A DNA stretch of 64,000 nucleotides, taken from Daphnia carinata. Its lineage: Eukaryota. Shown piece after piece: positions 37,917 through 52,400 of the stretch. Under the pieces are notes generated by a model. That model made no database searches. It was not told the origin of the DNA and saw nothing but the letters and a program-made list of their open reading frames with translations. The stretch's first letter is position 1. Each line of letters opens with the position of its first letter. The position numbers were made by a program, and so were the translations under genes. Where the stretch lies: contig NC_081331.1 of NCBI RefSeq assembly GCF_022539665.2, positions 1,922,001 to 1,986,000 of the forward strand, written 5' to 3'.

Positions 37917-40900
37917 CTCACAGGGAAGGAAGCTCCGGTTGCCGTGAAAAACAACACACAAAAAAGCCGATGCCGCCCGCGGCTAAGGCTCTGTCTCTTT
38001 TTCCCGCTCACTTTCGTTGGCTTGCGGATTTTTTCGGTTTAGAAATGTGCAGTAGTTTTCCCTAGATAATAAGACTGTTGGATGTTAAGGCTACAAGTAA
38101 GATATGCAATAGAACAGCGCTAAACGAGATGATTACCGTCAGTACTAAAATTTTGCTTGGTACAAGGTAAATACGGATTCCGGTTTCTTGGATAAATTAG
38201 CATTCCTTATAAGTGGTCACCTCGGCAATTTTTTTTCCAATTGTTGACCAGTTTGCTGATATCTTGTGTTACTTTTGTTTAATTCGCTCGTTTATTTTTT
38301 TCGTTCCACTACGCTATTATCCGTCAAAGAACCTTGGGGTAAATCAACACATTATTTTAAGGAGAACCTGGTTGTGGTTGTTACCGTACAAAATACCGCA
38401 AAAAATAAAAGCGTTGCATAACACAAATCATGTACAATAATGATACCTCGTCTATGGGTGTACTTGACCAGCGGTGTGCGGAGGCCTTGAAGTTGTTACG
38501 GAATGGCAGATGCATATTGATGCTACCCAAAATTGGGATCTGACCTTGTCGAAAAGTGGACTTAGATCCCAAGACACGAGTGCATTACAATTTTTGCCAA
38601 ATTATCGTACATGGTTATACTTGCACCGGGCGCACTAGGACACCGGACCAAAAAAAAAAAAAAAAAATAAATAAACGAACACGTTCACCTTCCGAGAGGA
38701 TTAATCTCTTGGTAGAGTCGTGTCAGTCACCTTCCGAATACGTCGAGGAAACGGCTAGTAGTGATGGAAACAAGAATTCGACCACCAGTTTATCGATTGA
38801 AACTTCCTACATCTAGAAGCCTTGACGTCGGTGCGCAGTAAGAAAGGTGCATCGTCACGGATGACGACTGTTACTACAGCGCAAGCGCTACACGATCATC
38901 GTCACCATCAACAAACTATTAGATCTCGGTGACACTTTAATTGTCTAACAAATGGCGTGAATTGAAACCAATTTTCAACAGTTATTCTTCGGGTGGTTAT
39001 TTTCAAATGCCATTGATTGCGTAACATGATCAGTCATTTTCAAGAAACGAAGTCTTTTTTTATCGATTATTTGTTATCGAGCAAACGTGTTAGTAGAGAA
39101 TACAGTGACGCATTTCCGTGCAAAATCAGTAGATGCGTTCTGGATAAAAGAAGAGTTGCGATTGCCACATCTGTAGAGAAAGAAATCGATGCAAGCTCCA
39201 CGTCAACGCACAAGGTTGTTTTCGAGAAAGAAGTCGATGTCCGTGCATGTTTGAAAAAATTCAGCTTTGTTGGCATGTTCAAACCATTGATTGAAAAATG
39301 AAAATGAAAGTTTCAGAAGAGCTCTACTATTCGACTGATTTAAAAGTCTTGGCTGGAGGCGAACACGAATTAAGCGTAGACACAGCACATCAGACATCAA
39401 GGTTGCCCTCATGACGAATGCAGCTATCTTCCTTGTCGGATTCATTAAACAATTGCGGTACGTTCAAAGTCTTCTTCCATGAACGCGTCAGCATAAAATT
39501 CCCATCGATTGTTCGACTGATTTTGGATAATTTTTCCTCATAATGCTGTCTATTACATGCCCCAGTTCTCAGGTGCCTGTAAATACCAAACTATAGTATG
39601 GGATCAGTATCCAAGGATATGGTGGAACACATAAAAAAAATGTTCTATCTCATTGAAGTTTGGGCTCCTGTCTTATTGTTTTACGACAGACTAATGCGAA
39701 CAATGTCTAAAATAACCGATTTGGCGAAGAAGTGGGTCGAACTACGCAAGGGCATTTCACACTTCCGCTCAAATGTCTGGGGTCGTGACGTCCACAAAAG
39801 TATACGGAACTTAAAGTGGACATTGAGCTTTTAGGGTCTTCCATCGATTACCTTGATCAAACGTTGGGCTATCGCTTTACAACAGAAACATTACATGGAT
39901 AAGCCTATATATTTGACCAAGGTGAATACGCAGGTAACCTTGACACGCTTACGGACCATCCGTGATTTAAATTAGGTTCTCTGGTGACTGTGAGAAAACA
40001 ATAAGAAACCCTGGCGTGCCGGGAGCCATTTTCTTGAAAGCAAACCCCGCAAAATTAGAACAATTCAAGGAGAGGTTGCCTCTTGGTCGAACTTAGTTTC
40101 CATATTGAAAGGTGCTATCTGAACTTTAAGTGGCTTTGATCGATGCAACTTCCTAATGATATCAATTTTTCAAGGATGATTGATTCGGCCCTGGGTCCGG
40201 AAGTACAGCGTTACATTCACGTTGCGGTAACAAAAAAATTCTGTGCCATGTCACAAACTTCCTGCATCAGGAAATACCACGCAGTTAGTAAAATGTTGCA
40301 TTTGATCTGAATTGAACGAGCAGCCTTACAGACCTCGCGTGGTAAGATTTCGTTCAATTTTTTACATTGATAAGCGCATTCTGCTGCGGACAAGGCGAAG
40401 GGATCGACTACATTAAGTGAAAAGAGTTCGCGTGTATGCGTTCAACTAAAACCGTACCATGACGACAGAATAAAAGGCAACGGTTTTTTTGGTTTTCAAC
40501 AACCTACAGGAACTGTGGCGTATTGGGGTCAATTTTACTCGCGATACACGAGTCGTCCATAACTTACGCAATATTGGAAAATCCGAGGCTTTTAACATAT
40601 GACGGAAAACCTTTGGTGCAATAATTATGCGTGAAACGGAACTATCGGGTTCAGTCATACGGTTCCTGATTTCTAATTACCTAAAAATCCTAAATGCACC
40701 TGTTGATGACTAATCTTGTGAAATACGTTGAGTAACAGTCTTCAGGAAAGGCCTACCACAAAGCAAAGGTTTCACTTTTAACAAAAACAAAATTCGCGAT
40801 CGCCTACAGCTTGTATCTATTTAACTGTGGCGGACTTTCGATGGTATCAGCCTTGTTACGTTTCCCAATACATGGAATAGTCGGAACAATAAATTCAAAC

Positions 40901-41361
40901 CATGAGAATAACCCACAGCTAAACAAACCAAGTGTACGATTACTGAATGTAGTGCGTGGGGAATTCACGAAACACAATTCTTTTTCAATCAATTTACATC
41001 TACAAAGGCTACTTCTCCAAAATTCTGTAGATTTTTGGTGCGGCATGGCTATAACGTCTTCGGTACGCTGGAACTCTAATTTCGGCGGAAGGCGAGAACA
41101 AAGCTGAACCGACTCGTGACTATTAACATTGCCCACGGAAATGATGACATACAGGAATTCAAAAAAAACGCATTTGATCCTTTATTCCTTTATTCCACTT
41201 TGTAGCCCATAGTTAAGGAAAAATTGAATGCATAACGCATGAAATGGCTAGAACTCTCTGGCCGAATTACTATGTTGCACTTATTGGTCGAGAGTTCCAG
41301 CCATTTCAAAACATCCCTTTGAATAAATCGATCGACTAACAGAGTGAAAGTAAATTCGGCG

Positions 41362-44238
41362 TTACAAAGTGAAAAAAAGTCGTTTCCGGTACAAGACAAA
41401 GGCGATGAGAATCCAAACGGCAGCCGCCGTCAAATTCATAGACAGGTGAGCGGCGTGTGTAGAAGCTAGCGGCTGCCAAGAAAAAGGTAACAAAGGTCTG
41501 GCGAAAACGTGGCCGATGTACAGAAGCAGGGCGTTCATCCCTGAATTTACAATTCATAATGGGTATTCGGTATACACAGGTCACTCACTTAAAAGTATTA
41601 TCACATCCTGTCTGATGTCATCAAAGCGGAACAGGGAAAAGAAAAATGGCAATGGTTGCATACCATTGTAAACGGACGTAGCTCTAAGTTTAGCTAACAG
41701 ATGGCGATGCCATACGGAAACGCACAACTTTAAAGGGAAATGCAAAATTCGTTGAAAAATTCAATTTCACTTACCTGCATAGCGGAATGGAGCTCCCGAC
41801 CACCACGACAGGACATCGATGAAGACGTACAAGATGGTTAGTACACAAAACGCTATCGAACTTGTGACCAACGCGAACGAAAGAGACCATAAGTTCTTGT
41901 TGATAGGAATGGGTCCGTCGTCGATCCTGAAGGCACAAAGGAGTCCTCCTGTTAATCCCTATGGTAAACAAAACAAAAAAATTAACAACGATCCCAAACG
42001 TGGTCTTTTGATGGTGCATGAACTCACTGTTAGTAGGCTCCAAAGTAGCCAGCGGATAATCCTCTGTTTATTTGCTGGGAAAGCTAGAAGTACTTTTGCG
42101 GCTTCAGCTCCCAAATAAGCAGTCAGGACACAAGTTAATCCTCCAAGCATCCCTAAAGTAAAAGAATAGGGTATCACAAACCAAATTCGGAAACCGGCTT
42201 TTTTGGTATTTCGAATGACGTGTTAAGTGGGCAGGGATGTGACAAGAAAGAAAAGAAAACCTTCGGGATCAAATGCAAGGGTAGTATCATAAATGGCTCG
42301 CGGAGTTGGCCTCTGGTAAATGTGATCGTTCCCGAACAAAGCGATGTCAACATAGCGTGCGGCACCTCCAGTACAGTTTTTGTAGAGACCATTTTTCTCC
42401 AGCCCGCCAGCTCCCATATAGCCTCTAAAAGATATTCAATAATATTACTATTGACTAAGACGAACAACTCTTCTTATGGCGATAAGCAAAGGTAATAGTA
42501 AACTCACAATGGACAGCCTGGAACGGGAAGTAGGAAAGTGATGAGTAGCTGCGTTGTCACAAGTACGTTCACAATAATCCACTGGCGCCAGGAGCATACG
42601 ATATCACGGATCGATGCAAACCAAGCGTACTTAAAATAGAAATGAGAAAGATATCTATGAAACCAAACCGGCAATAAAAGATTTTCTAAGCATTTGTTTA
42701 TACCCTGTGATTGTCTTCGGGATCGAATCCTATGAGTTCGATTAAGGCCACGATAAGGTAAACAAAAGACAACCGTTGAAGAACTCCCGGTATTCTGAAA
42801 GTTTTAACATTGTTGTTATTCAGAGAGTTCAAGACGAGGCCAATAACAAGCATTGCGACAGAGCGTCGAACTACGCCGAAAACGATCCGTTGTTTGCTGA
42901 GTGCACGTCTCAGCTGTGAGTTAAGGGATAAGACGCAGCTGGCGCCCAATATCCAAACAAAACTATACGTCAAAAAAACCGTCGTTTTAGTTAAGTCGGA
43001 ATTAATAGAATCTAGTGTTCTCTGAATTTTTTTTCTTACCATGGAAAAATTACATCGGCAATTGTGATTCCGTTCCACGGAGAATGCTCAAAGAACCAGT
43101 ATCCTATGCAAATATATAACATCATTTGTTTTTAATCATCCTCTCTCAGATAATCATATGAAATATTCGTAACACCTCCGCCTCCGTAGTTGACGATTAT
43201 CATTAATATTATAGTTAACCTTCGAAAAAAAGAAATATTACAAGATGAATACATTTTAAAAATATCCTTTGATGTCTTGGCTAACGAAAATTCAAAGATA
43301 ATTACCCACGAAAAGTATCAAGGCATCGGATACGATATCGTATTGGGTTCGCCTGTTGAGCTGAAGTTTCCGTGATTAACAATGAAGCCTCTGCAGTGCT
43401 TGAACCAGGCAACCAATTTGATAAATGGCATGATATATATTGGTCTTGCATTACACACTTTAATCCCCAGATAAATAATACCAGGAAAATTGCTACAGAA
43501 GCCCACAATAAGGCTAATAAAGAACAAATATTATCAATAAGTTACATTTGGCTGAATGTTTGCCTATTTCTTACGAAGGTATATGTTTGCAGGAAGGGTA
43601 TTTAGTTCAATACCACTACATTCGTCGTGACTTGCATTCATTGAGTATTGTCCAAACTCTCCAAACTGAAAGCTAAAGCTAACATATAATAAATATTAAT
43701 TTAGAGGCAAAAGATCCTAATAACTTTGACTACACTTACTTGCACACTGTCAATTCATTTCGTTTCACCTGGAACAATGTTGGATATGTTGTATTTACTA
43801 CTACAACTGCAGTACTGGCAGGTTTGATTAAGGCAAATTTCCACATTGGACACTATAAGAAAATGTATGTCATATATCGTTGATGTAAATCAGATTGTTG
43901 AAAAATTTCAAATTATGAATTTGCACCTCTTGGCATTTGCTGGATTGACCCCACAGCTCAATATCCTCTTTTGTATGCTTACTGATGTGATGTAAAGTGA
44001 AGCAAGCTTGGTCCATTTTAAGTAAATATTGTTTTTTTGTGGAATTACACCACTCAGGTATTTCGGGCGCCCAATTCATGGTGGTTGGATCAACTACTGC
44101 ATTCAATGCTTTAACAAGTTTGGTAAGTAAAGCCCACAGGAGTTATTTCTTTTTAATTAAATGTCAAGAAATGGCGATGATTGACCTCAACTAACCTACT
44201 GCCATTATAATGACGGTGAAATAAAATTTTAAAGTCAT
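41362..44238 (-). CDS. HGSNAT: Heparan-alpha-glucosaminide N-acetyltransferase, multi-exon
   Basis: Signal-like MTLKFYFTVIIMAVA, KMDQA, RIRCLDTFRG, IVNYGGG, FFEHSPWNGITIADVIFPW, RIPGVLQRL, FDPEG, PINKNLWSLSF, and a last exon GMNALLLYIGH...LFFTL* (41540-41362). GT-AG introns. Confidence 0.93.
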
Positions 44239-47200
44239 TTTATTTCCAGTCAAGTCCAAATAATGAACAGCTGACAAACGCGGCGAAGGATCAGCTGATC
44301 GCTGTTGGGCATCATCGTGAGGGTAGGGAATAATGGGAGTCCTCCAGCAGGTAAAATGTTTTTTTAGCAAAATGCTAAATTGCAATTTAATCGTTTTTTC
44401 TTTTGCTGAATAGCACGTTTTAATCTAGCCATATTTTTTTTAAATAAAAGGAAATATATAAAATGGCAATAAACCAAAAACAGATTGACTTAAAAAGATA
44501 GCTAAAGTTTGAAAATCTGTGCAGGTCCTTTTACCAGCTATTGCCTTTTTCAAAGGTAGTTTTATGATTTTCAAGTGGTTACAACTTTTATATTTGATTT
44601 GATTTGCAGGTAAACTTGGGCTTGAGTTGAGCTCATTACTGTAAAATATTTATAAGGTACTTAAAATCACTGCAACTGCAGAGAAGAAAAATAGCCGGCA
44701 CAGGTTTGCTTAAAACTTGTTTTGCAAAACGTTAGCTTCGCTATTGTAAGGCGAAATTCAGTTTATTGCTAGTCGGTTTGTACAGAATGCATGAATCAAT
44801 TTTAATTCACGATGAGTTTCTTGTATAGAAAATTACTCAACGGTGATGTAACTGGAGAAGCGCATGAAACAATTGTTATATTCGGCTTTGGTTTGCATGT
44901 TGTTTCTCCTTACTGAATGGTTGTTGCAAGACCGGATGAGTTGTGGAAGATCTGGAATGCTGATTACTATCTGGTTTTCAGCGACTGCCACAAAAGAATG
45001 GAAACCAGCAAACGGGTGGTAGCAGAAAACGCTCAAGTACCGACATATCCTTTTTCAACGTTTCTGTAGAAAATACACAAACAGATTGGTACAGAATGCC
45101 TTTTCGTATAGTTTTTAATATAGCGTAAGCAGTAGCAGCAAATCAAACAGCTTGATTGCTTCTTGAACCAACCCACGTAAAAGAAAGTTCACATTATTTT
45201 TTTCAAATCATCGCATTGATGAACCACTCGAAGAGTCGATGCGTGAACCAATTATGATCCATAAAAATATGTTGTACTAAAAATTGAAGAGGTTTTACCG
45301 AAAGGAAAGAGCAGAAGTTTCTCACGTGCATATCCGCAACCATAAAAGAAGACAGAAAGAACCCGAAGGTTAATAATGGATATACCTATACTTACAGGGT
45401 CTTTGTCGGTTGGCTCATATTTTTTTTTTCCCCTTCTTCCATTTACGTTTCACCTGGCTGATGGAACGAGGGCTTCGGGAAACGGGACCAACACATGATG
45501 CCACTTCTGGCCTTTATGAATAATCAATGAGTTTATTGATTGCTAGGCAGCTGCGTTGGTTATTTGAAAGCTATTCCTTGAGTGCTGAGCACTTCTTCCA
45601 TGCTGTTTGTCGTTTTCTAGGAAACAAACGAGACAAAAAGACAGATATACTGACAAGCAGACATACAATATTGAAAGACTACGAAATAATATATATGATG
45701 CCAACTACTGATTTGCGTCAGAGAGTTACATCGACCGAGCCGTGTGAAAGATACATCATGTTGCAACCTCGTACACTGTAAGCCCTCTGCGGTAAAAAAA
45801 ATTCGTTCCGTATACCTTGAATCAACAAAAAACTGGAACAGCCAACAAAATTCTACAAAATTCTCCTCTTTACATAATGCTTGTCGGCACAGTAACCGGA
45901 GCCAAATGGACCACTGTCAAACGTTTATTATTTCTACGTCATCATCCTAATACTGGTAAAATAGTTGCTCTTTCGACGAACTCTGAAGAGCAAAAATCAA
46001 TGCCCATACGACGAGGGGAAATTTATGTCCATTTGGCAACATTTCGACGTTTGTCTTACGTAAGTTTTGACTCATTACGTTGAACGTCGTAAATCTTTCG
46101 ATACTTTGACATAGCAATAGTCGTAGTCTATTGTGGTCTGGGCGCCGTCACAAGATTATCAGAACGTCGCCTCTAGGCTCCTTCCACCGGATTCCATACG
46201 TTGATATTATTAGTACAGACGCCTCGGTTATTATAGACCAAAGCTTCTTCGTGATAAGTCTTCATCCGTGTGACCATTCGTCCCGCGACGGTGATTGCGT
46301 GTGGTTTTAAATACGGTCTTTTTCCTCCCTCTTTTATTAGAGTCTTAACAAAATGTAATGCCCCGATGGAACTGAAGGCCCGCGGAGTTCGTTTCTAAAC
46401 ATGCCCAGTGATGCGTACAATGAGACGTAGATCACAAACTGTTTACATGTTTACCCTTTTACGATCTCGATTGCCTTTTTCGGTGGGTTGCGCAAAGGAA
46501 TTGTTATGGACGACTATGAAAAATCTATAACCGAAAAGGATTTTGTTTCAGAATCCCGTGAATTATTAACACCCGATCCGCCAATGAAATCCGAACACCG
46601 CATACGGTATTCGCAATAGGTTCTGTTCGCGTTCTTTAGAGATGGCGATCTTTGTGTGCATTTCTATTATGATGATTTTAATGGCATGCTGGTAGATTGA
46701 CAGGACATTATTTATACGCCAAACATAGTCAAGACTGAATACGTTCTCGAGTGCTTGTACATCTACTGATTGATGATCGCTAGATGCGCGTACAAGTACT
46801 AGGAGGAGGCCAGAAGATTGCGTTATCGACGCCAAGGAGACTGATAAGTGTATCTTCAAGTGCACGATGTAACCACAACGTCGCGTAGTCTGAAAGGAAC
46901 AAGACACTGTTTACGTAACTCCTCAGACGTATCCAAGATATTGCTACATTGATACTGTTCCACGCTTTTTTCTCAATGCGTTTTCACTTCCCCCCCCCCC
47001 CCCAGTTTTTGTTTACCTTGAATAAACAGAATAGACGTTGCAAATACTGTTTGCAAAAGAGATGTGCGAACTGATACACATCAACGTTGCGACGAATGTC
47101 AACAAAAAAAAACCCGTTGCTGATTAATATGTATATCTAACTAGTTCCATTCGCAGTGCGCTACTGCCGGAGCGGTGAGAAACAAAGCTGGCAAAGCCCA

Positions 47201-49366
47201 CGTACGTCCTACACTCACTACACCCATGGGCACACCCAACCCGAGAGGAAAAGACGGAGGGACCACAGCTGGCTTTTGGAAAGGGGTCGTTTTTTTTTGG
47301 TTTTTTTTTTTTCTTTTTTAGTTTAGTACAAGTCCAGGCTTCGCGCTGGAGAGACGTGCTTTCTCCTTGCTGCCCGTTTCTACATTTCTCTTTCATTCTC
47401 ATTTGCTTTTCATTTTTCGCCTTTCAGTCATCAAAAGTTTAGTTTTTCGTTCTGATTCAGCCTCTGCCTCCTCGCAAACTGTGTGTGTTTTTTTTTTTCC
47501 CGGTTTAGTGTTGCGTCTTTGGTGTTCGTGTGAGTGCAAGTGCTAGTCCCCACATTTTGTTCGCCCTCCCCCCTTCTTTCTTTTCCGAATCCTCCCCTTC
47601 CTCACTTTTTGTTGTTGTTGAAAAGAACCCGACGGGAGTTGAGCAGGCGCACCTTCCCTAAAAGACCTTAATAGACGAAACTAAGGTATCAAAGTCAAAG
47701 CTGTTTGGGTTATAGCTAACTTTTCCTTGTGTGTGTACGTATTCGTGACGACAGTCAGCCAATCGAGAAGAAGAAAAACAGGAAGAACGTACATTTCGCT
47801 TCCGTGTGTGCGTGCAAAGTGTGTTGTATTATCCACGAGACCGTGACTTTGAAAGCGAAACAGCCGTTTCCTTGGCCGGTTCGCTTGGCAAGTTTTTGTC
47901 TTTGCTTGAACGTGTCAAAAAAGAGTCAAATATATTTAAGAAAAAAAGAGAGTGACGCTTCCTCTCTCCCCCATTCGTTCGTGTTTTCTATCCCTCTATC
48001 GTGGGTGAAGGGCGATGACGAAAACGAACATGTCCGCCCGCTATCACTCCCGCTACTGATGTCGGGAGACCTATTTCTGAAACGTGGGCGTTATTCTCCT
48101 CTTATTTTTATTTATTCTTTTTCTTTCGTCGGCGATTTCAACTTGAAGAAATCATAACAACAAAAAGAAAAAGAGAAACTATCTCTTTTCTTGGTGGTGG
48201 TGGTGCCTTGTATTGGCTAAATTTGGCTCCATCTCTTTTCTCGCCTTTTTTTCCACCGTTTACTCCTACGCGCCCCCCCCCCCCTTTCCCCCTCTCTCTC
48301 TCTCTCTCTCTCTTGTATATCGCCGGCGTTCGTTTATAACGGGGGCTCGACGTTGCCATCCTATCTGCATAAAGTTTTTTTTGTTTTTTTTTTTAGTGCG
48401 TTTGTATGCGCCTGGTGCCCGTGTGGTTTCTCTACGTACGAAATTGAATTTCACGAGTCTGATATAGACATCATCGCGGTACAAGGACAAGAACCCGTCC
48501 ACTGTCCTTGGAAAGAAACGCTCGAAATCACCACATTATCAGCAAAAAAACCTTTATGATAGAGTGAAATCCGAAACCGTTAAAACAAAATAACTCGCGT
48601 TTCGAGGGTGAACAACATTCAGCATATAGCCAGTCTGATTAATCCATTCTTCTTCGCCGAACTGGAGAAGGTCATCTAGCACATCGTATTACCATAGCTA
48701 GCAGCCATGCAGAGACCTAGGTGAGTGCCTAATTTTAATACATTCAACCTCCTAAAGCTTGATCCCCATTTTCAAACTCCCCCCCCCCGCTCCAATTCGA
48801 ACACGTACGTTCTTTTACATCCTCGTGTTATTGGATTATACTCGCGATTGTATCGTTGCTCAAATTTCATTAGTTTTCCCTTCGTCATGACATTACCACA
48901 ATATCGAAATACGAAGAAAAATGCAAGCCACCCAAGTCGTTCAATAGAAGATGTATCTTCTCTCTCGCCCAAGAACTGTGTTGTTTATTTGGTAAAAGCA
49001 TCATTAGTAGTCTTCGCTCATCGCACGTTATGGGTGTATACCATTACGTATTGTATAGAATCCAACGTCGTGCAGTTATAGTAAGGTTTTTTTTTTTTTT
49101 TTTTCGTTACTTTGGCCACTTAGCTGGTCCTGTTATGGCTGGTGACGTAGTTGGTCGCTGTTGGTTTGGATCGTATCCGGGTTTTGGTAGCAATTGAACT
49201 TTATCGTGTGACGTGCCTACTGATGGGAACGGTGTCGGTTGATGGCAACAAACGGCGCTTATTTCTTATACGATTGAACTTGCACGCTATTTGCTCGTCA
49301 ATCCGTTAAATCGATTCACGCAGATGCAAGCATGGATCCGTGTCGTTTTCCTTACTTCCTCAATTT

Positions 49367-49369
<3 letters not shown>

Positions 49370-49400
<31 letters not shown>
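49370..49400. repeat. Poly(T) tract (~31 nt)
   Basis: Read directly; one of many A/T homopolymers in 47-64 kb. Confidence 0.9.
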
Positions 49401-49404
<4 letters not shown>

Positions 49405-52400
49405 ATTTTATCGATTGATTTATCGAGCGAAGATTTTGTATTGCTTTCCGGAATAGTGAAATAACAGAGGGATCAATAATTCGACAGGGAGTTGAAGCGC
49501 AACAGGAGCGCATGCATTTTTCAGTAAAAGTTTTGATGCCTGTCCTGCGGGAGATGGGCGTCTTTTTTTTTTTATCGGCTCCTCCCACGATTCAGGTTTT
49601 CATTGTACCATATGTCGAAAGCACAATTAATTTTTTTTTTTTTATTTATAAAAAATGATATGCATGTCCATCACCCGAGGACATAATAGCGCTGCTTTTT
49701 TATGTAATCCCACGAAAGCCAGTTTCGTTTTGTTCGTTCAGAGTTTTGATTCTCTGATTCTTGTTTTCATTTCTGCTACTTTGACTGTGAAATGGAAAAC
49801 ATCAAACTCTTTTTCGTTTTCCATTGCTCTTTTCTAATTTGTTCTCATTTTCTTTTTTTTTTTTGAATCGAAAGAAAAACGTAGAAAAAGGAGATTAGAA
49901 AGAAAGAGAGAAAAAAAAAAAAAAGAATGTGGACAAAAAAAGTGAACTTGTTCTCTCCTGTCACTTGTCAAGTTGATGATGTTTTCTTCTTTCTTTTCTT
50001 TACCTTTCCCAGAAAGAAAAAGAAAAACATTAAAGTGCAAAGCAAAAAATAAAAAATAAAAAATAAGCAGTGAGGAAAGGGGGGAGGGGGAAATAAATCA
50101 GGTAGACACAAGGTAAACTCTTTTTCTTTTCTTTCTTTGTTTTTACTTGTGTTTCCATTCCATTACACTTGGGGCGGTTTGAAACATTCGATGCCAGAAA
50201 ATTCTCTTTAGCTCGGGGAAAAGTGAAAGAAAGGGCGAGAAAATGACCTCGTATGGAAATGGAGGTCGTAGCGTTCGGTCAAAGGGGAAAAAAAAAAAAA
50301 TGCGCAAAAGAAAATTGAAAGAGAAACAGGGTGGGTAACGTTGGGGACAAATTCACGTTCGTTTTTTGTTTTTTCTTCATTCCGTTTCCTTTGTTGGCTG
50401 AGTTTTCTCTCGTTTTCTTAAAAGGTTATTTTTTTTTTTTTCGGTCGTGAGCGACGACGAACAACTGTTGACACGGGTGCGTTGTAAATGACCAAATATG
50501 GAACTCGACCGAAATGCACCTGACCTGGAAAAACAAAAAGGAATGAAAGAGAGAGAGAGAAAGAGAAAGAGAATAGAATAGAACAAACGAAGAGGGAAGG
50601 CGAAATGAAATAAAGCAGGTGTGTGTGAGTGTGTATTCCAGTATCTAGTCCTTTTCCCTATCTAATCTCACCACACCACCTTCGACACTGATTTGCATAA
50701 TTAAAGCTAAAGCACCTTTCATGTCATCAACGCTTGTTTTGAGAAAGGCAATGGGCATAACATCAAAACCGGATCAATCAAAATGAAAATGACGCCCGAA
50801 AGGTAATAAAAAACGTAATAATAGACACCGAGAAAAATGGGAGAGAGTCGTCTAATAGAAGAAAAAAACTGAAAAACGATATTCCTTACTGAAGAAACAA
50901 AAAAGAAAATTGTGGCCGGGGAAAGTGGAGTAATTTGGTTTGGAAGTGGGTGCCCCCAGTACCACCAGAGCGTCCACAGTTATGAGATTGTGTGTGTGTA
51001 TATATATATATATACAGATTATACATGTGTATATAATGGACGGGAATTCTAGGTCAAGGCATTTGATGCAAACTGATCACATTTTTATATAGCACTCTTT
51101 TTCCTCTTGTCTTTTTTTTTTTTTGTGATTCTCTTTTCTCTTTTGGGAAAATCCCCTAAAAAAAAAACACTAACATGAAAGCCATCAACTTGGACGCCAG
51201 AGCACAACAACATTAACAACAAACAAGCGCCATGTAAGGTCCTCCTGACAAGGCAACTTTTTATCCTTTAAAGAATTTGATCGTATTTCAGTAACAATAA
51301 GCCAACTTGCCTTGCCAATCCTCTCGCCCACTAGCGAATGAAATCAAGTGGCAAAGCTTCGGAGAAAGCAGTTTGAAAAGCTTTTATTGTTTATTTTTTT
51401 TTTATTTTTTTTGTAAGGCATCGTTCGATATGGCAGCAAAAGAAAGAAGAATGGAAGGTCTTTGTACTTTCTGTCAGACCTTTCAGATTTGGGGTGCGTT
51501 ACAAGATTTTGCGGTCCAACGCAAACACCAGGGAAAAAGGGGAAACTAAAAAAAAAAAAAAATGAATATTTACATGGAGAAAGAAAAAGAGTTAGCCATC
51601 GATCTATGTCCAGCTGGTGTAACACAGTCTCCTTTTAAACATTGTGGCTTCTTGCGCGTCCATTTCAAAATATACCAACCGCACCCCGAGGACATCGATG
51701 TCAAAAGGGGAAAAACATTTTTGAATTTTCTCCACAAATATAATTAATCATGGTCGCCTTAGATGCAAAGTCACAATTTAAAAAAAAACAAATTTATTTT
51801 GTTTGAACGGGCTATTTTTCGATTCTCGTTCCCTCCGTGTTAGTTAGAATTCACGTTGTTTCGCTGGTCACTGTTCCGCGGTTCTTCGGGATTCAGTTGT
51901 TACGTTATTTTTAGTGCATTTCAACTGTGAGACTCCGTCCGTCTCACCCAATTCCTTTTTGCAGTAAAAAAAAAAAAAATGTTCCATCGTTTCGCTCAGC
52001 TATCCAGTGAAATTGGTTCCAAATCTTTAATACGTCCGGTCACGAATTAATGGGACGAAATTCAAATGGTCGCGTGACACGCGAGAAAGAGACCCATTTT
52101 CATCAAGACTGGGAAGCAGGGCGAAAAAATGATTGCGGCAGAAAAGGGTCACTGTTACCTTATCTGGTAAAGATAAGAGAGTCGGAAGGCCCCCCCCCCC
52201 TCTTTTTTTTTTTTTTTTTTTTTTTAAATTCCCGAGGACAGAACACCACTAGATTTAGCTACTTGAGATTGCCGGTTTATTCAGATTGCCTTGTTTGATA
52301 TCTTAATATTCCCGACTTCAGGGACGTCGCAAATACAAGTTTCTTTTTCGTCTCTCTTTTTATGGCATTAGAAAATGAGACTCGCAATTTGGGCGGGTCA

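Noticed and set aside
41541..41775. Intronic C/D snoRNA in the enlarged last HGSNAT intron
   Set aside because: A C-box-like TGATGA is present on the minus strand, but no suitably placed CTGA D box or terminal stem was found.
44833..45620. Small spliced gene upstream of HGSNAT (minus-strand block ending ...PPVCWFPFFCGSR*)
   Set aside because: An acceptor-like site exists, but no consistent upstream exon or start could be joined.
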